The translations under genes and the position numbers were made by a program. Shown piece by piece: positions 1 to 11,058 of a DNA stretch of 64,000 nucleotides. Below the pieces are notes generated by a model. The model ran no database searches, was not told the origin of the DNA, and saw nothing but the letters and a program-made list of their open reading frames with translations. How positions within the stretch are numbered: the stretch's first letter is position 1; every line of letters begins with the position of its first letter. The stretch is taken from the NCBI GenBank assembly GCA_963775425.1, contig CAVZJB010000017.1, positions 32,001 through 96,000 on the forward strand, in the 5' to 3' direction. This DNA comes from an uncultured delta proteobacterium (GTDB lineage: Bacteria; Myxococcota; UBA727; VGSZ01).

Positions 1-609
1 GTGCCCCGGGTCGACGTGCGCCACCGCGCGGAGCGTCGGCCCGTCGTCGACCCACTCGAGCACGCACGCGCGCGCCGTCCCTGCCACGCACGCCCGCGCC
101 GCGGCGACCAGCGTCCCCTCCCCGCCGCGCGCCTGCGGAAACGCATCGACGAGGCGCGCCATCAGGCGCTGCCACGTGTCGGCCGCGCGGTCCTCGGCAC
201 GGTGGCCCGCCGGCGGCGCCGCGCCCTCCCCGCCGCGCGGGAGCCCGACGACGCGCGCGATGGCCGCCAACAAGGCGTCTGCGCCGAGCGGCTTGCGCAT
301 GCTGCCGATGACGCCGGCGGCCCCGCGCGCCGCCTCCGTGACGCCGTCGTCGTCGCCCGAGACGAGGAACGTAGGGATGTTCGCCGCCCCGGGGAGCTGC
401 GCCTTGTGTTCGAGAACCTCGACGCCGCTCATGCCGGGGAGGGACAGGTCGAGCAGCACCAACGCGGGCCGCGGCTCAGCCGAGAGGGCTTCGAGGGCTT
501 CGCGCCCGTCGCCCGCCGTGACGACGCGATAGCCCTCCGCGCGCACCAGCCCGGCGAGCGCGTCGAGGCAGTCCGGATCGTCTTCGACAATCAGAATTCC
601 GTCAGCCAT
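1..609 (-). CDS. Response regulator receiver protein with C-terminal extension (partial, runs off window start)
   Basis: Manual translation from ATG 609: MADGILIVEDDPD...ALVLLDLSLPGMSG...FLVSG...MRKP. No stop before position 1, so it is absent from the ORF track. Lies 8 bp downstream of the kinase. Confidence 0.85.
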   Translation of the reverse strand, partial: MADGILIVEDDPDCLDALAGLVRAEGYRVVTAGDGREALEALSAEPRPALVLLDLSLPGMSGVEVLEHKAQLPGAANIPTFLVSGDDDGVTEAARGAAGVIGSMRKPLGADALLAAIARVVGLPRGGEGAAPPAGHRAEDRAADTWQRLMARLVDAFPQARGGEGTLVAAARACVAGTARACVLEWVDDGPTLRAVAHVDPGH

Positions 610-617
610 GACACCAC

Positions 618-2843
618 TCAAGCGGCGCTTTCGCCCGAGGCGGGAGGGAGCGCCGCCGACGACGACGACGCATCCCCGATGGAGGGGAGCCGCAGCGCCA
701 GCATGTTCCCGGCGGCGGAGCCGGGCTCGAGCGAGATGTCGCCTTCGATGGCGCGCGCGATGTCACGAATGACGAAGAGCCCCAGGCCGGAGCCGGCCCC
801 GCCGGACCAGCGCAGGTCCTGCGACGACGAGATGGGCTCGAACAGCTCCGCCGAGCGCTCCGGCGGGATGCGCTCGCCGCCGTCGCTCACGGTGAGCACG
901 TGCACGCCGTCCTTCACTGCGATGTCGATGGACACGGTGCCGCGCTCCGTGATCTGCACCGCGCGCCCGACGAGGTTCGCCATGATGAGGCCGACCAGCC
1001 GCGGATCGTTCGAGAGGGGCGCCACGCCGCCCGGCGGCGTGCGCACCTCGAGGAGGATCTTCTTTCGCTGCGCGTAGTCCTGGATCTCGTTGACCACCTC
1101 GCCGACGAGGTGGGGCAAGTCGAACGACTCGACGGAGCGCGTGCAGCGGCCGCTCTCGACGCGCGCCCACTCGAGGATGGTGTCGACGAGATGCACCAGG
1201 CGCTGCGACGAGCGCCGGATGCGGTCGAAGCACTCGCGCAGCTTGGGGGACGCCGCCACGTCGTTGTCGCGCAGCAACAGGTGGATGAGGAGCTGCATGG
1301 CGGTGACCGGCGTGCGCAGCTCGTGCGACACCATGCGCAGGAAGTTCGACTTGGTGCGCGACGCGCTCTCCGCGAGATCGCGCGCGACGCGCACCTGCTC
1401 GAGGGCGGTGCGGAGCTCGCGCTGATGGCGAGCGACGCTCGACGCGAGCTTGAGCGGATCGGTCTCGTGGTGCAGCGAGACGCTGTTGAGCACGTCGATG
1501 GTCTGTTTGGCGGTGATGAGGTTCGTGATGCGCGCGTGCGCCTCCTGAAGCAGGAACGGCTTGCGCAGGACGTCCTGAACGCCGGCCTCGAGCAGGCGCA
1601 CCTGCTCCATCGGATCGTCGGTGCCGGTGAGGACGAGGATGGGGATCTCCGAGAGCGCGGGCTGCGCGCGCAGCAGCCGAATCATCTCCTCTCCGCCCAT
1701 CCTGGGCATGTTGAGATCCGTGACAATCAGATCGGGCTCGAGCTCCTGCGCTTTCTTGAAACCGTCCAACCCGTCGAACGCGGACGCGGTGTCGTAGGTG
1801 CGCCGCAGGGACTCCACGAGGATGCGCTGCACGGACGCGCAGTCCTCGACGACGAGGACCAACGCGCGGTCGCTCTTGCGCTCCGTGAGCGTGCGCAGCT
1901 CCGCCTCGCGCAACAGCTCGGACGCGGCCACCTGCGCGACCTTGGCCGCCATGCCGTCGTCGGGCCGCGCGCCCGCGCCGACCTCCATGCCCTCCGCCGC
2001 CCAGCGCGGCACGCGGACCTTGAACACTGCGCCGCGCCCGGCGGCGCCCGTGGCGGTGAGCGTGCCCCCATGAAGCGCCATGAGGTCGCGCGAGCGGCCG
2101 AGGGTGAGCCCGACGCCGTTCATGTCGACGAAGATGCTGCGATCGATCTGGCGTGTGTGGTCGAAGACCGCCTCGCGTTGCGTGCTGGCGATGCCGGGCC
2201 CGCTGTCGGTGACGGTGATGACCACCTCGTCATCGAACGCGTCTTCCTCGAGGTTGACGACAATCTCGCCGTCCTCCGGCGTGTACTTGAAGGCGTTGAA
2301 CAAGAGATTGCACAGGACGCTGCGCATCTTTGTCTCATCGATGTCGACGATGAGGCGCGGGGGGAGCTCCTGGCGATAGGTCACGCGCCGCTCGCCGGCG
2401 AGCTTCTCGAAGTGCAAGCACACGTCGCGCGTGAGCGCCGACAAATCGATGCGGCCGAGCTCGAGGGCGAGCTCTTCCTTGGCGAGCCCGCGGCCGGCGA
2501 CGGGACGCCCGAGGTTCTCGAGCACGGTGCGCACCGTCCGCAGCACGGTGCGCAAGGCGAGCCGTTGCCGCTTGGTGAGCTCCACGTTCCGCTCGTCGGC
2601 GATCACCATGAGCGCGCGGCGCAGCGCCGACGTCGCGCGCTCGAACTGCGCGCGCATATCGGCGTCGAGGGCGCGCACCCCTTCGAGAAGGATCTCCAGC
2701 TCCTCGTGGCGTGGGTAGAGCCCCGCTTGTTTGCCGCCCGTGAGCCGATCGTGCGCCGCCCGCAGCAGCTCCGGGAGCCCGCGCTCCACGCCGCCGCGCT
2801 CGATGGGGTCATTGCTTGCTTTCACCTGGGACAGTTCCGCCAT
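618..2843 (-). CDS. Hybrid histidine kinase (HATPase - REC - HisKA - HATPase)
   Basis: NLLFNAFKYT and DSGPGI; REC VVED...TDLNMP...LRKP; H-box VSHELRTP; GSGLGL. Start placed at ATG 2843. Confidence 0.9.
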   Translation of the reverse strand: MAELSQVKASNDPIERGGVERGLPELLRAAHDRLTGGKQAGLYPRHEELEILLEGVRALDADMRAQFERATSALRRALMVIADERNVELTKRQRLALRTVLRTVRTVLENLGRPVAGRGLAKEELALELGRIDLSALTRDVCLHFEKLAGERRVTYRQELPPRLIVDIDETKMRSVLCNLLFNAFKYTPEDGEIVVNLEEDAFDDEVVITVTDSGPGIASTQREAVFDHTRQIDRSIFVDMNGVGLTLGRSRDLMALHGGTLTATGAAGRGAVFKVRVPRWAAEGMEVGAGARPDDGMAAKVAQVAASELLREAELRTLTERKSDRALVLVVEDCASVQRILVESLRRTYDTASAFDGLDGFKKAQELEPDLIVTDLNMPRMGGEEMIRLLRAQPALSEIPILVLTGTDDPMEQVRLLEAGVQDVLRKPFLLQEAHARITNLITAKQTIDVLNSVSLHHETDPLKLASSVARHQRELRTALEQVRVARDLAESASRTKSNFLRMVSHELRTPVTAMQLLIHLLLRDNDVAASPKLRECFDRIRRSSQRLVHLVDTILEWARVESGRCTRSVESFDLPHLVGEVVNEIQDYAQRKKILLEVRTPPGGVAPLSNDPRLVGLIMANLVGRAVQITERGTVSIDIAVKDGVHVLTVSDGGERIPPERSAELFEPISSSQDLRWSGGAGSGLGLFVIRDIARAIEGDISLEPGSAAGNMLALRLPSIGDASSSSAALPPASGESAA

Positions 2844-2961
2844 CGAGGACTCCGCGTACGGCTGCGCGCGCGGATTGCTCGCACCGAACGCGGGGCCATT
2901 TTTGCACGAAGGGCGCCAGAAGTTGCCCACCGATGAGACGTCTCGTCGACGAGCATGGCGC

Positions 2962-2974
2962 TGCATCGATTGCA
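2962..2974. promoter_or_regulatory. Candidate enhancer-binding-protein site TGCA-N5-TGCA
   Basis: TGCATCGATTGCA about 70 bp upstream of the sigma-54 motif; the same pattern recurs at 3583-3595. Confidence 0.45.
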
Positions 2975-3045
2975 CTCGGGTCACGGGTCAAAGCCGGCAA
3001 TCCGCAAATGCCGACGGCGCGCGCCGGATCTTCCGCCCCGGCGGC

Positions 3046-3061
3046 TGGCTCGGCTGTTGCT
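3046..3061 (+). promoter_or_regulatory. Sigma-54 (-24/-12) promoter
   Basis: TGGCTCGGCTGTTGCT versus consensus TGGCACG-N4-TTGCW; GG-N10-GC spacing; upstream of an operon that encodes a sigma-54 activator. Confidence 0.75.
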
Positions 3062-3109
3062 ATTTCGCCAGAGGTACGGCGCCCGGGTGACGTCACCGAG
3101 AGGACCCTG

Positions 3110-3571
3110 ATGCAAGCTCCCGACACCGAGCGGGGACGAGAGACAAACGACCTCGGGGACAACGACGAGTCGTTCTACGAGGGGGAACGTCGCCCCCTGA
3201 TCCTCCTCGCGGAGGACGACATCGATGTACAAGCCGCGCTCGCGGAGTTCCTCGAGCTCTCCGGCTACGAGGTCATCGCCGTGAGCAACGGCTCCGACAT
3301 GCTGGACGCCCTCGCCTCCGCGGCCGCCAGCGAGGACCGCGAGGTCGACCTCATCATCACCGACGTCCGCATGCCCGGCTTCAACGGCCTGTCCATCGCC
3401 GAGGAGCTGCGTGCAGACGGCTGGAAGCAGCCGATCATCATCATCTCGGCCTTCGGCGACGAGGTCATCAAGGAGCGCATCCGGCGCCTCGGCGGGAGCA
3501 CCGAATTCTTCCCCAAGCCCCTCGACCCGGGCCGGCTCGAGCGCGTGCTGTCCGAGCTGTGCTCCCGCTGA
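3110..3571 (+). CDS. Stand-alone response regulator (single REC domain)
   Basis: LLAEDD...IITDVRMPG...IISAFG...FPKP; GAGAGG upstream of ATG 3110. Confidence 0.9.
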   Translation: MQAPDTERGRETNDLGDNDESFYEGERRPLILLAEDDIDVQAALAEFLELSGYEVIAVSNGSDMLDALASAAASEDREVDLIITDVRMPGFNGLSIAEELRADGWKQPIIIISAFGDEVIKERIRRLGGSTEFFPKPLDPGRLERVLSELCSR

Positions 3572-3582
3572 CGGCGCGGGAC

Positions 3583-3595
3583 TGCAAAATTTGCA
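3583..3595. promoter_or_regulatory. Candidate enhancer/operator TGCA-N5-TGCA
   Basis: AT-rich near-palindrome TGCAAAATTTGCA in a GC-rich background, followed by a degenerate copy TGCTCATTCTGCG. Confidence 0.45.
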
Positions 3596-3671
3596 ATTTG
3601 CTCATTCTGCGATCGCGACGACGACGGAATGCCGTACCCTGGCAGCAACCGTCTTCGTACGAGGTCTCCGC

Positions 3672-5483
3672 GTGGCTCCCCTGACGAGAAAACCAGCGCC
3701 CGGACCGCTCCACACCCCGCCCTGGGACTCGGCGCCGCGCGTCGCGCTCGTTTCCAGGGAGCAAGACGGCGGAGAGCTTCGCGCCGCCATCGAGAACGAG
3801 GGCATGCTGGTCCGCGTCGTCGGCGACCTCATGGAGGTCCACAGCGTGGCGGCGTGGCAGCCCCACGTCGTGGTCCTCGACGTCGTCGAGGCCAACCCGG
3901 AGCTGGCCGCGTTCATGTCGCGCATCCGCTCCGCGCACCGCTGCGCCTGCGTCGTCGTCGTCGCCGAGTCCTCGGGCGAGTCTTTGACGCTGGCCGCCGA
4001 GTGCAACGCCGACGCCGTCCTCGTCCGCCCCATCGACGCCGTGAGCCTGCGCCGCAGCCTCTTGCAGGAGGCGCGCGCCACCAAGGGGCCCGCCCCCGTG
4101 CAGGTTCAGCTCCCCGCGCTCGTCGTCGGCTCCACGCCGCAGATGCGCGAGGTGTGGCGCTTCGTGCTGCGCGCGGCGCAGTCGGCGTCGTCCGTCGTCA
4201 TCACCGGTGAGACGGGCGTCGGCAAAGAGGTCATCGCGCGGGCGCTGCACCGCTTCTCGTCGCGCAAGGCCGGCCCGTTCGTCGCCGTCAACTGCGCCGC
4301 CTTGCCCGAGACGCTCATGGAGTCCGAGCTCTTCGGCTACGAGCGCGGCGCCTTCACCGGCGCCACCGCGCAGCACAAGGGCCGCTTCGAGCTCGCCGAC
4401 GGCGGCACGCTCTTCCTCGACGAGATCGGCGATCTCCCCCTGGGCGTGCAGGTGAAGCTCCTGCGCGTGCTCCAGGAACGCACCTTCGAGCGCCTCGGCG
4501 GCAGCGAGAGCATCAGCGTCGACGTGCGCGTCATCGCGGCCACGCACCGCCGGCTCGACGAGGAGGTCGAGCGCGGCCGCTTCCGCGCCGACCTCTTTTA
4601 TCGCTTGAACGTCCTGTCCACGGAGGTGCCGCCCCTGCGCGAGCGCACCGCCGACATCCTCGGCCTCTGGGACCACTTCATCGACGTCGCCGCCCAGCAG
4701 GATCGGCGCCGGCCGCCGACGTCCACGGCGGCCGTGCAGCGCATGCTCCTCCGCCATGACTGGCCCGGGAACATCCGCGAGCTCAACAACGTCGTGCAGC
4801 ACGTGATGGCGGTGTCCACCGGCGACCGCATCGTCCCCCTCGACCTGCCCGCCTACCTCTCCAAGCCGGCCCGCTCCGGCATCCCGGAGCCCTCCAAGCT
4901 CGTCGGGCGCACCATGAAGGAGATCGAGCGCGCGGCCATCCTCGAGACCTACGAGGCCCTCGGCACGGTGAAGGCCACCGCCGAGATGCTCGGCATCTCG
5001 GAGCGCAAGATCCACTACCGCCTCAAGAGCTACCGCACCGAGCACACGGCGGCGCAGGTCTCCGCCGTCGAGCGCGCCAACGTCGACGGCGAGCGCGGCC
5101 GGGCCCGCGTGCTCCTCGCGGAGGACGACGACGAGCTGCGCTGGCTGCTCACCGACGTCCTCAAGGCCGAGGGCCACGAGGTCGTCGCCGTCTCCGACGG
5201 CAGCGCGCTGCTCGCGCACCTCGGCCCGAGCCTCCTCGTGGGCCGCCGCGGCGCTCCCCCCGACATCATCATCACCGATATCCGCATGCCCGGTGCCTCG
5301 GGCCTGCAGGTGCTCGAGAAGGTCCGGGCGCGCTCCGGGGACCTCCCGGTGGTGCTCATCACGGCCTTCGGCGACGCCGACACCAAGCGCCAGGCGGATG
5401 CGCTGGGCGCCACGGCGCTGCTGAACAAGCCGCTCGACATCGACCAGCTCCAGAAGGTCGTGCGCGGCTCCGTCGTGCACTGA
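3672..5483 (+). CDS. Sigma-54-dependent activator (REC-like - AAA+ - HTH - extra C-terminal REC)
   Basis: [35 protein letters not shown], Fis-type HTH, then LAEDD...TDIRMPG...NKP. Start is uncertain (GTG 3672 after GAGGT). Confidence 0.92.
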   Translation: MAPLTRKPAPGPLHTPPWDSAPRVALVSREQDGGELRAAIENEGMLVRVVGDLMEVHSVAAWQPHVVVLDVVEANPELAAFMSRIRSAHRCACVVVVAESSGESLTLAAECNADAVLVRPIDAVSLRRSLLQEARATKGPAPVQVQLPALVVGSTPQMREVWRFVLRAAQSASSVVITGETGVGKEVIARALHRFSSRKAGPFVAVNCAALPETLMESELFGYERGAFTGATAQHKGRFELADGGTLFLDEIGDLPLGVQVKLLRVLQERTFERLGGSESISVDVRVIAATHRRLDEEVERGRFRADLFYRLNVLSTEVPPLRERTADILGLWDHFIDVAAQQDRRRPPTSTAAVQRMLLRHDWPGNIRELNNVVQHVMAVSTGDRIVPLDLPAYLSKPARSGIPEPSKLVGRTMKEIERAAILETYEALGTVKATAEMLGISERKIHYRLKSYRTEHTAAQVSAVERANVDGERGRARVLLAEDDDELRWLLTDVLKAEGHEVVAVSDGSALLAHLGPSLLVGRRGAPPDIIITDIRMPGASGLQVLEKVRARSGDLPVVLITAFGDADTKRQADALGATALLNKPLDIDQLQKVVRGSVVH

Positions 5484-5543
5484 GCCGCGGCAGAGTGCCC
5501 CTTCGGCCCGCCTCGTGCAGGCAGTCCTCGTCGGAGGTGAGCC

Positions 5544-5756
5544 ATGACGCACGCCGAACAGATCGACGACGAGGCCCACGCCCTGCCCGCAGCGCGCAGA
5601 GACGTCACACACGAGGTGCGCCCGGTGTGTGCCGCGTGCCGATCCCGGCTCGGGGTCAGGTACGACGACAAGCTCCCCGGTGTGCTTTTCTGCGCCGAGT
5701 GTTGGGCGCTGGCGCGCAGCGCGACGCCGGACGACGAGCTCGGCGTCGGGGACTGA
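5544..5756 (+). CDS. Small protein with two CxxC pairs (putative zinc finger)
   Basis: GGAGG RBS; CAAC...CAEC. Confidence 0.65.
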   Translation: MTHAEQIDDEAHALPAARRDVTHEVRPVCAACRSRLGVRYDDKLPGVLFCAECWALARSATPDDELGVGD

Positions 5757-5768
5757 CCCGCGCGCCGG

Positions 5769-6197
5769 CTACCGGGACCAGGGGCGCACGATGATCATGA
5801 TGACGATGCCGATCATCAGGAGCGTCGGGACCTCGTTGAGCACCCGGAAGACCTTGTGCGGCACCGCGTGCGGCGACTCGATCAGCTTCACGCGGTACCG
5901 CAGCGCGAGGACGTGCATGACGATGAGCCCCGCGACGAGCGTGAGCTTGGCGTGCATCCACGGCTGCGTGAAGTACGCCGTCTGCACCGACAACATGTAG
6001 CCGCCCGTGAGCACGGCGACGATGCCGGCCGGGTTCGTGATGGCGCGCAGGAGCCGGCGCTCCATCACCTGCAGCCGCTCCTGCACCACCTTCTCCGTCT
6101 CCATCGCGTGGTAGACGTAGAGCCGGTAGATGTAGAGCAGGCCGGCCATCCACGAGATGACGGCGACGACGTGAAGCGCCTTTACCCAGAGAAACAC
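5769..6197 (-). CDS. hemJ: Protoporphyrinogen oxidase HemJ (UPF0093 membrane protein)
   Basis: WVKALHVVAVISWMAGLLY..RLYVYH, MERRL, WMHAKL, FRVLNEVPT. Confidence 0.88.
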   Translation of the reverse strand: MFLWVKALHVVAVISWMAGLLYIYRLYVYHAMETEKVVQERLQVMERRLLRAITNPAGIVAVLTGGYMLSVQTAYFTQPWMHAKLTLVAGLIVMHVLALRYRVKLIESPHAVPHKVFRVLNEVPTLLMIGIVIMIIVRPWSR

Positions 6198-6274
6198 CGC
6201 ACAACTCCGTGTCCTGCGTCGCGCAGCCGCCGATGCGCAGCTCCGCTTTGCGCCGGCTGTCATAGCATGTCCGG

Positions 6275-7699
6275 ATGCGCGCCTCCGCGCTCCTTGTCGC
6301 CGTCGTCGCGTCCGGCGCCCCCGGGTGCACCGACGTCCCGCCCCTCGTCCTCGAGGTGGACCGCGCCACCGTCGCCGCCGACGGCGTCACGCGCGCCGTG
6401 CTCACCGCGCGCGCCCGCGACCCCATCGACGGCGCCGTGGTGCAATTCGAGAGCACCGGGGGCGCGTTGTCGTCGTCGTCGGTGCCGCTGCTCGACGGCG
6501 TGGCCCACGCGGAGCTCATCGCCCCCCTCGAGCGCGAGCTCGGCCGGCGCTCCTCGCGCGCGCTCGAGGTCACGGCGCGCGTCGTCGTTGCAGACGGCGA
6601 CGCCCTCGAGGCCGCCGTCGGCGTCACCGCGGTGCCGCCCGGGGACGGCCCGCCGCTGCTGTTCGTCGACGCCTCTCCACCCGCGGCCGTCGCCGGCGCC
6701 GGCGGCACCGTCGACATCGCCGTGCTGTCCCGGCGGGTGGCGGGAGGGACCGCCCTGTCGGTGACGAGCGTGGGCGCGTCCGTCGGCGACGCCGCCCCGG
6801 TCGTCGACGACGACGGCACCGCGCACACGCGCGTCTCGGTGCCCGACGCGGCCGTCGACGCGCGGGTGACGGTGACCGAGCCGCAAAGCGGCGTGTCCGC
6901 GTCCGTCGTGGTGCGCTTCGTCGCCGCGGGGCAGCCGCTGTACGACCTCACGGGCGCGTTCGTGCAGCTCGGGCCGGCCCGCGTGAAGCTCGCGTCGGGC
7001 GGGCTCACCCCGAACCCGCAGTGCGCGGTGGCGCCGTCGTTGATCCTCGCGCAATTCGTGCAGACCGGGCTCGACGTCGATGCCAGCTACACCACCTGTG
7101 ACGTGACGTTCCCGCCGGTGACGTCGCTCGTCGGCACCATCACCGATCGCGCCACGCCGGAGTTCTACGCGGCCATCCCCGTCGTGCACCAGACGTTCTC
7201 GCTCGACACCGGCGAGCTCGGGGCGCCGTACGCACCGCCGCCGTCGGTGGTGGTGGTGGGCGCCGACCTCGACGACCCGCAGCACGACGACCTCCCCACG
7301 GACGAAGGCGATCCCCGCGTGGTGGACGCCGACGACGACGGCGCGCCGGGCGTCACGGTGCAGAACTCCCTGGGCGGCGATCAGCACATCGTGTTCCGCA
7401 ACATCGGGTCTTCCAAGGGCGCGGTGCTCTCGTCCAACCACATCCTCGGCGACGAGCCCGGCGACCTGCTCGCCACCACCGAGACCAGCGTGTTCGGCAT
7501 CGGCGGTGCGTTCCTCCCCGACACGGCCGCGCTCGGGTCCGTGGTGGAGCTCGTGCGCATCGACGGGCGCTTCGGCGCCGTGGACGCCGACGCCGACGGT
7601 GACGGCGAGATCTCGTGCGCGGAGCTGCTCGATGTCGCCGGCGCCGTCAGCACCATCGAGGCGCCAGAGACGCCGTTCGACTGTGGGAGCGACCGATGA
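6275..7699 (+). CDS. Putative lipoprotein with Ig-like N-terminal part and acidic DxDxDG motifs
   Basis: Signal peptide ending APGC; DADDDGAPG and DADADGDGEISC. Confidence 0.7.
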   Translation: MRASALLVAVVASGAPGCTDVPPLVLEVDRATVAADGVTRAVLTARARDPIDGAVVQFESTGGALSSSSVPLLDGVAHAELIAPLERELGRRSSRALEVTARVVVADGDALEAAVGVTAVPPGDGPPLLFVDASPPAAVAGAGGTVDIAVLSRRVAGGTALSVTSVGASVGDAAPVVDDDGTAHTRVSVPDAAVDARVTVTEPQSGVSASVVVRFVAAGQPLYDLTGAFVQLGPARVKLASGGLTPNPQCAVAPSLILAQFVQTGLDVDASYTTCDVTFPPVTSLVGTITDRATPEFYAAIPVVHQTFSLDTGELGAPYAPPPSVVVVGADLDDPQHDDLPTDEGDPRVVDADDDGAPGVTVQNSLGGDQHIVFRNIGSSKGAVLSSNHILGDEPGDLLATTETSVFGIGGAFLPDTAALGSVVELVRIDGRFGAVDADADGDGEISCAELLDVAGAVSTIEAPETPFDCGSDR

Positions 7700-8091
7700 C
7701 GACGCTCGCAGCGTTGCCCGTCGTCACCGCGCGTCGTCGCGGACGAGGCGGCGCGCTCGCGCTGGCGGCGCTGGCGGCGCTGGCGGCGCTGGCGGCGTGC
7801 GCGCCGGCGCCGCGGACGGCCTCGGCCAACCAGCCGCCCGTGCCGGTCCTCGACGTCCCCGCGCAGGCGCACGCCGGCGAGAGCGTGCACGTGTCGGGCG
7901 ACGCCAGCACCGACCTCGACGGCGCGGTCAGCGACGCGTTCGTGCTCTTCGGCGACGGGGGCGACCCCGTCATCGGGTTCTCCGCCGACCACGTCTTCGC
8001 CGCGCCCGGCCTCTACCTCGTCGAGCTGTACGTCGACGACGACAAGGGCGCGACCGCGCGGGCGCGCAGCCGCATCGAGATCCTGCCGTGA
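7696..8091 (+). CDS. PKD-domain lipoprotein
   Basis: ATGA overlap with upstream gene; LAAC lipobox; STDLDG...FGDG...HVFAAPGLYLVELYVDDDKG. Confidence 0.8.
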   Translation: MTTLAALPVVTARRRGRGGALALAALAALAALAACAPAPRTASANQPPVPVLDVPAQAHAGESVHVSGDASTDLDGAVSDAFVLFGDGGDPVIGFSADHVFAAPGLYLVELYVDDDKGATARARSRIEILP

Positions 8092-8173
8092 CCCCCGCCA
8101 GGCGGCGCCGCTTTACGTGCCGGCCCAGGTCCCCGGCCGCGCTGGTCGGAGCCCCGCGCGTGCCTACGTCTTC

Positions 8174-8503
8174 ATGATGCCGCCGGTGCCGCACTGGGCC
8201 TGGACCGTCGTCGTCGTGGGCTCCGCGCTCATCGGCCTGTACGGCCTCCACCGCGTGCTGTGCTGGCTCGAGGGCCGCGGGTACGTCTACTACCGCAACG
8301 CCCGCGGCGGCGCCGGCGCCGCCCTCGCCGGCCTGGCCGAGTCGTTCCAGCCGCACGCCGCCGCACACGTCGAGGTCCAGCAGGAGCAGGAAGAGCGCCG
8401 CGACGACGACGACGACGACGAGGGCGACGGCAAAGGCGACTCCCCCCGGGTCAGCGCGCCGTCTGGCCGCGCATCTGCCCGGCGAAGGGACCGCGCCCTG
8501 TGA
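8174..8503 (+). CDS. Small membrane protein with acidic tail
   Basis: One hydrophobic segment, then LEGRGYVYYR and a poly-D tail; coding-like codon use. Confidence 0.6.
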   Translation: MMPPVPHWAWTVVVVGSALIGLYGLHRVLCWLEGRGYVYYRNARGGAGAALAGLAESFQPHAAAHVEVQQEQEERRDDDDDDEGDGKGDSPRVSAPSGRASARRRDRAL

Positions 8504-9317
8504 GGCACGCGGCGCCGCAGCGCGCGGCGAAGGCGAGCGCGTCGTCGACGGCGAGGCCGCGCGCGAGGGCGAAGGTGAGGCCGGCCGCGAAGGAGTCGCC
8601 GCAGCCGTAGGCGTCGACCGCGGGGCCGGGCAGCGGCGCGGCGGCCCAGCGCCCCGCGACCGCGTCCGCCACGGACGGCGGACGCGCCACGTAGTGGCCG
8701 CCCTGCGCGCCCTCCGTCGACGCCACGAGGCGCGGCGGCGGGACGAGCCGCTCTTGCGGCGGGGGCGGCGAGAGCGGATCGGGCTCGCCGACGTCGGCGG
8801 CGCTGCGCACGACGGCGTCGAGCTCGACGCCGGCCTCGACGAGCGTGGGCAGCACGCGCGCGGTGGCGACGAGCACCCTGGCCTTGCGCGCGCGCCGCAG
8901 CACCTCGGGCGCGCCCGCGGTGAAGTACACGGCGTCGGCGGCCTCGAGCAGCTCCCACGGGAGCGCGTCGCCGGGCTCCGGCTGGTGCCGCTCGCCGATG
9001 ATGGTGATGGTGCGCTCGGCCGCGTCGTCGACGAACACCACGCCGCGCCGCTGCGGCTCCCGGCGCCAGGCGGCCTTCACGTCGACGCCGAAGCGGGCGA
9101 GCCGCCCGGGCACCGCGCGCCCGCGCTCGTCGTCGCCGAGCGCCGTCAGGAGCGTGCACGCGCCCGCGAGCTTGGCGAGCTGCACCGCGGCGACGCCGCC
9201 GCCGCCCGCGGCTTCCTCGAACGCCCCGCGCGCGTGCATGATCTCGCCGGCCCGCGGCAGGCGCGCCACCTGGACGAACTCGATGTGCTCGACATGACCG
9301 ACGACGATTACGCGCAC
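8451..9317 (-). CDS. PfkB/ribokinase-family carbohydrate kinase
   Basis: AAGGGGVAAVQLAKL; STEGAQG; VDAYGCGDSFAAG. Confidence 0.88.
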   Translation of the reverse strand: MRVIVVGHVEHIEFVQVARLPRAGEIMHARGAFEEAAGGGGVAAVQLAKLAGACTLLTALGDDERGRAVPGRLARFGVDVKAAWRREPQRRGVVFVDDAAERTITIIGERHQPEPGDALPWELLEAADAVYFTAGAPEVLRRARKARVLVATARVLPTLVEAGVELDAVVRSAADVGEPDPLSPPPPQERLVPPPRLVASTEGAQGGHYVARPPSVADAVAGRWAAAPLPGPAVDAYGCGDSFAAGLTFALARGLAVDDALAFAARCGAACLTGRGPFAGQMRGQTAR

Positions 9318-9437
9318 GCGAGCACTGTACGACGCGGCTCGCCCGCCGGCAGCTCGCACCGCGACGAGGACGACGGCGAAGACGCGCGTGCCGGCGCCGC
9401 GGGTTGACCGGCGCGGGGGTGGGCGTAGGTTCCGCCC

Positions 9438-10994
<1,557 letters not shown>

Positions 10995-11058
10995 GCGTGC
11001 GGGTGGCCGCGCGGCTCGTGGCGCGGCGGCTCGTCCGATGACGTCGTCGCGGCGCTCG

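Noticed and set aside
3640-3656. Second sigma-54 promoter before the activator (TGGCAGCAACCGTCT)
   Set aside because: Good -24 element but the -12 GC is missing.
7759-7797. GCTGGCGGC tandem repeat
   Set aside because: Simply encodes the LAA repeats of a signal peptide; length change would stay in frame.
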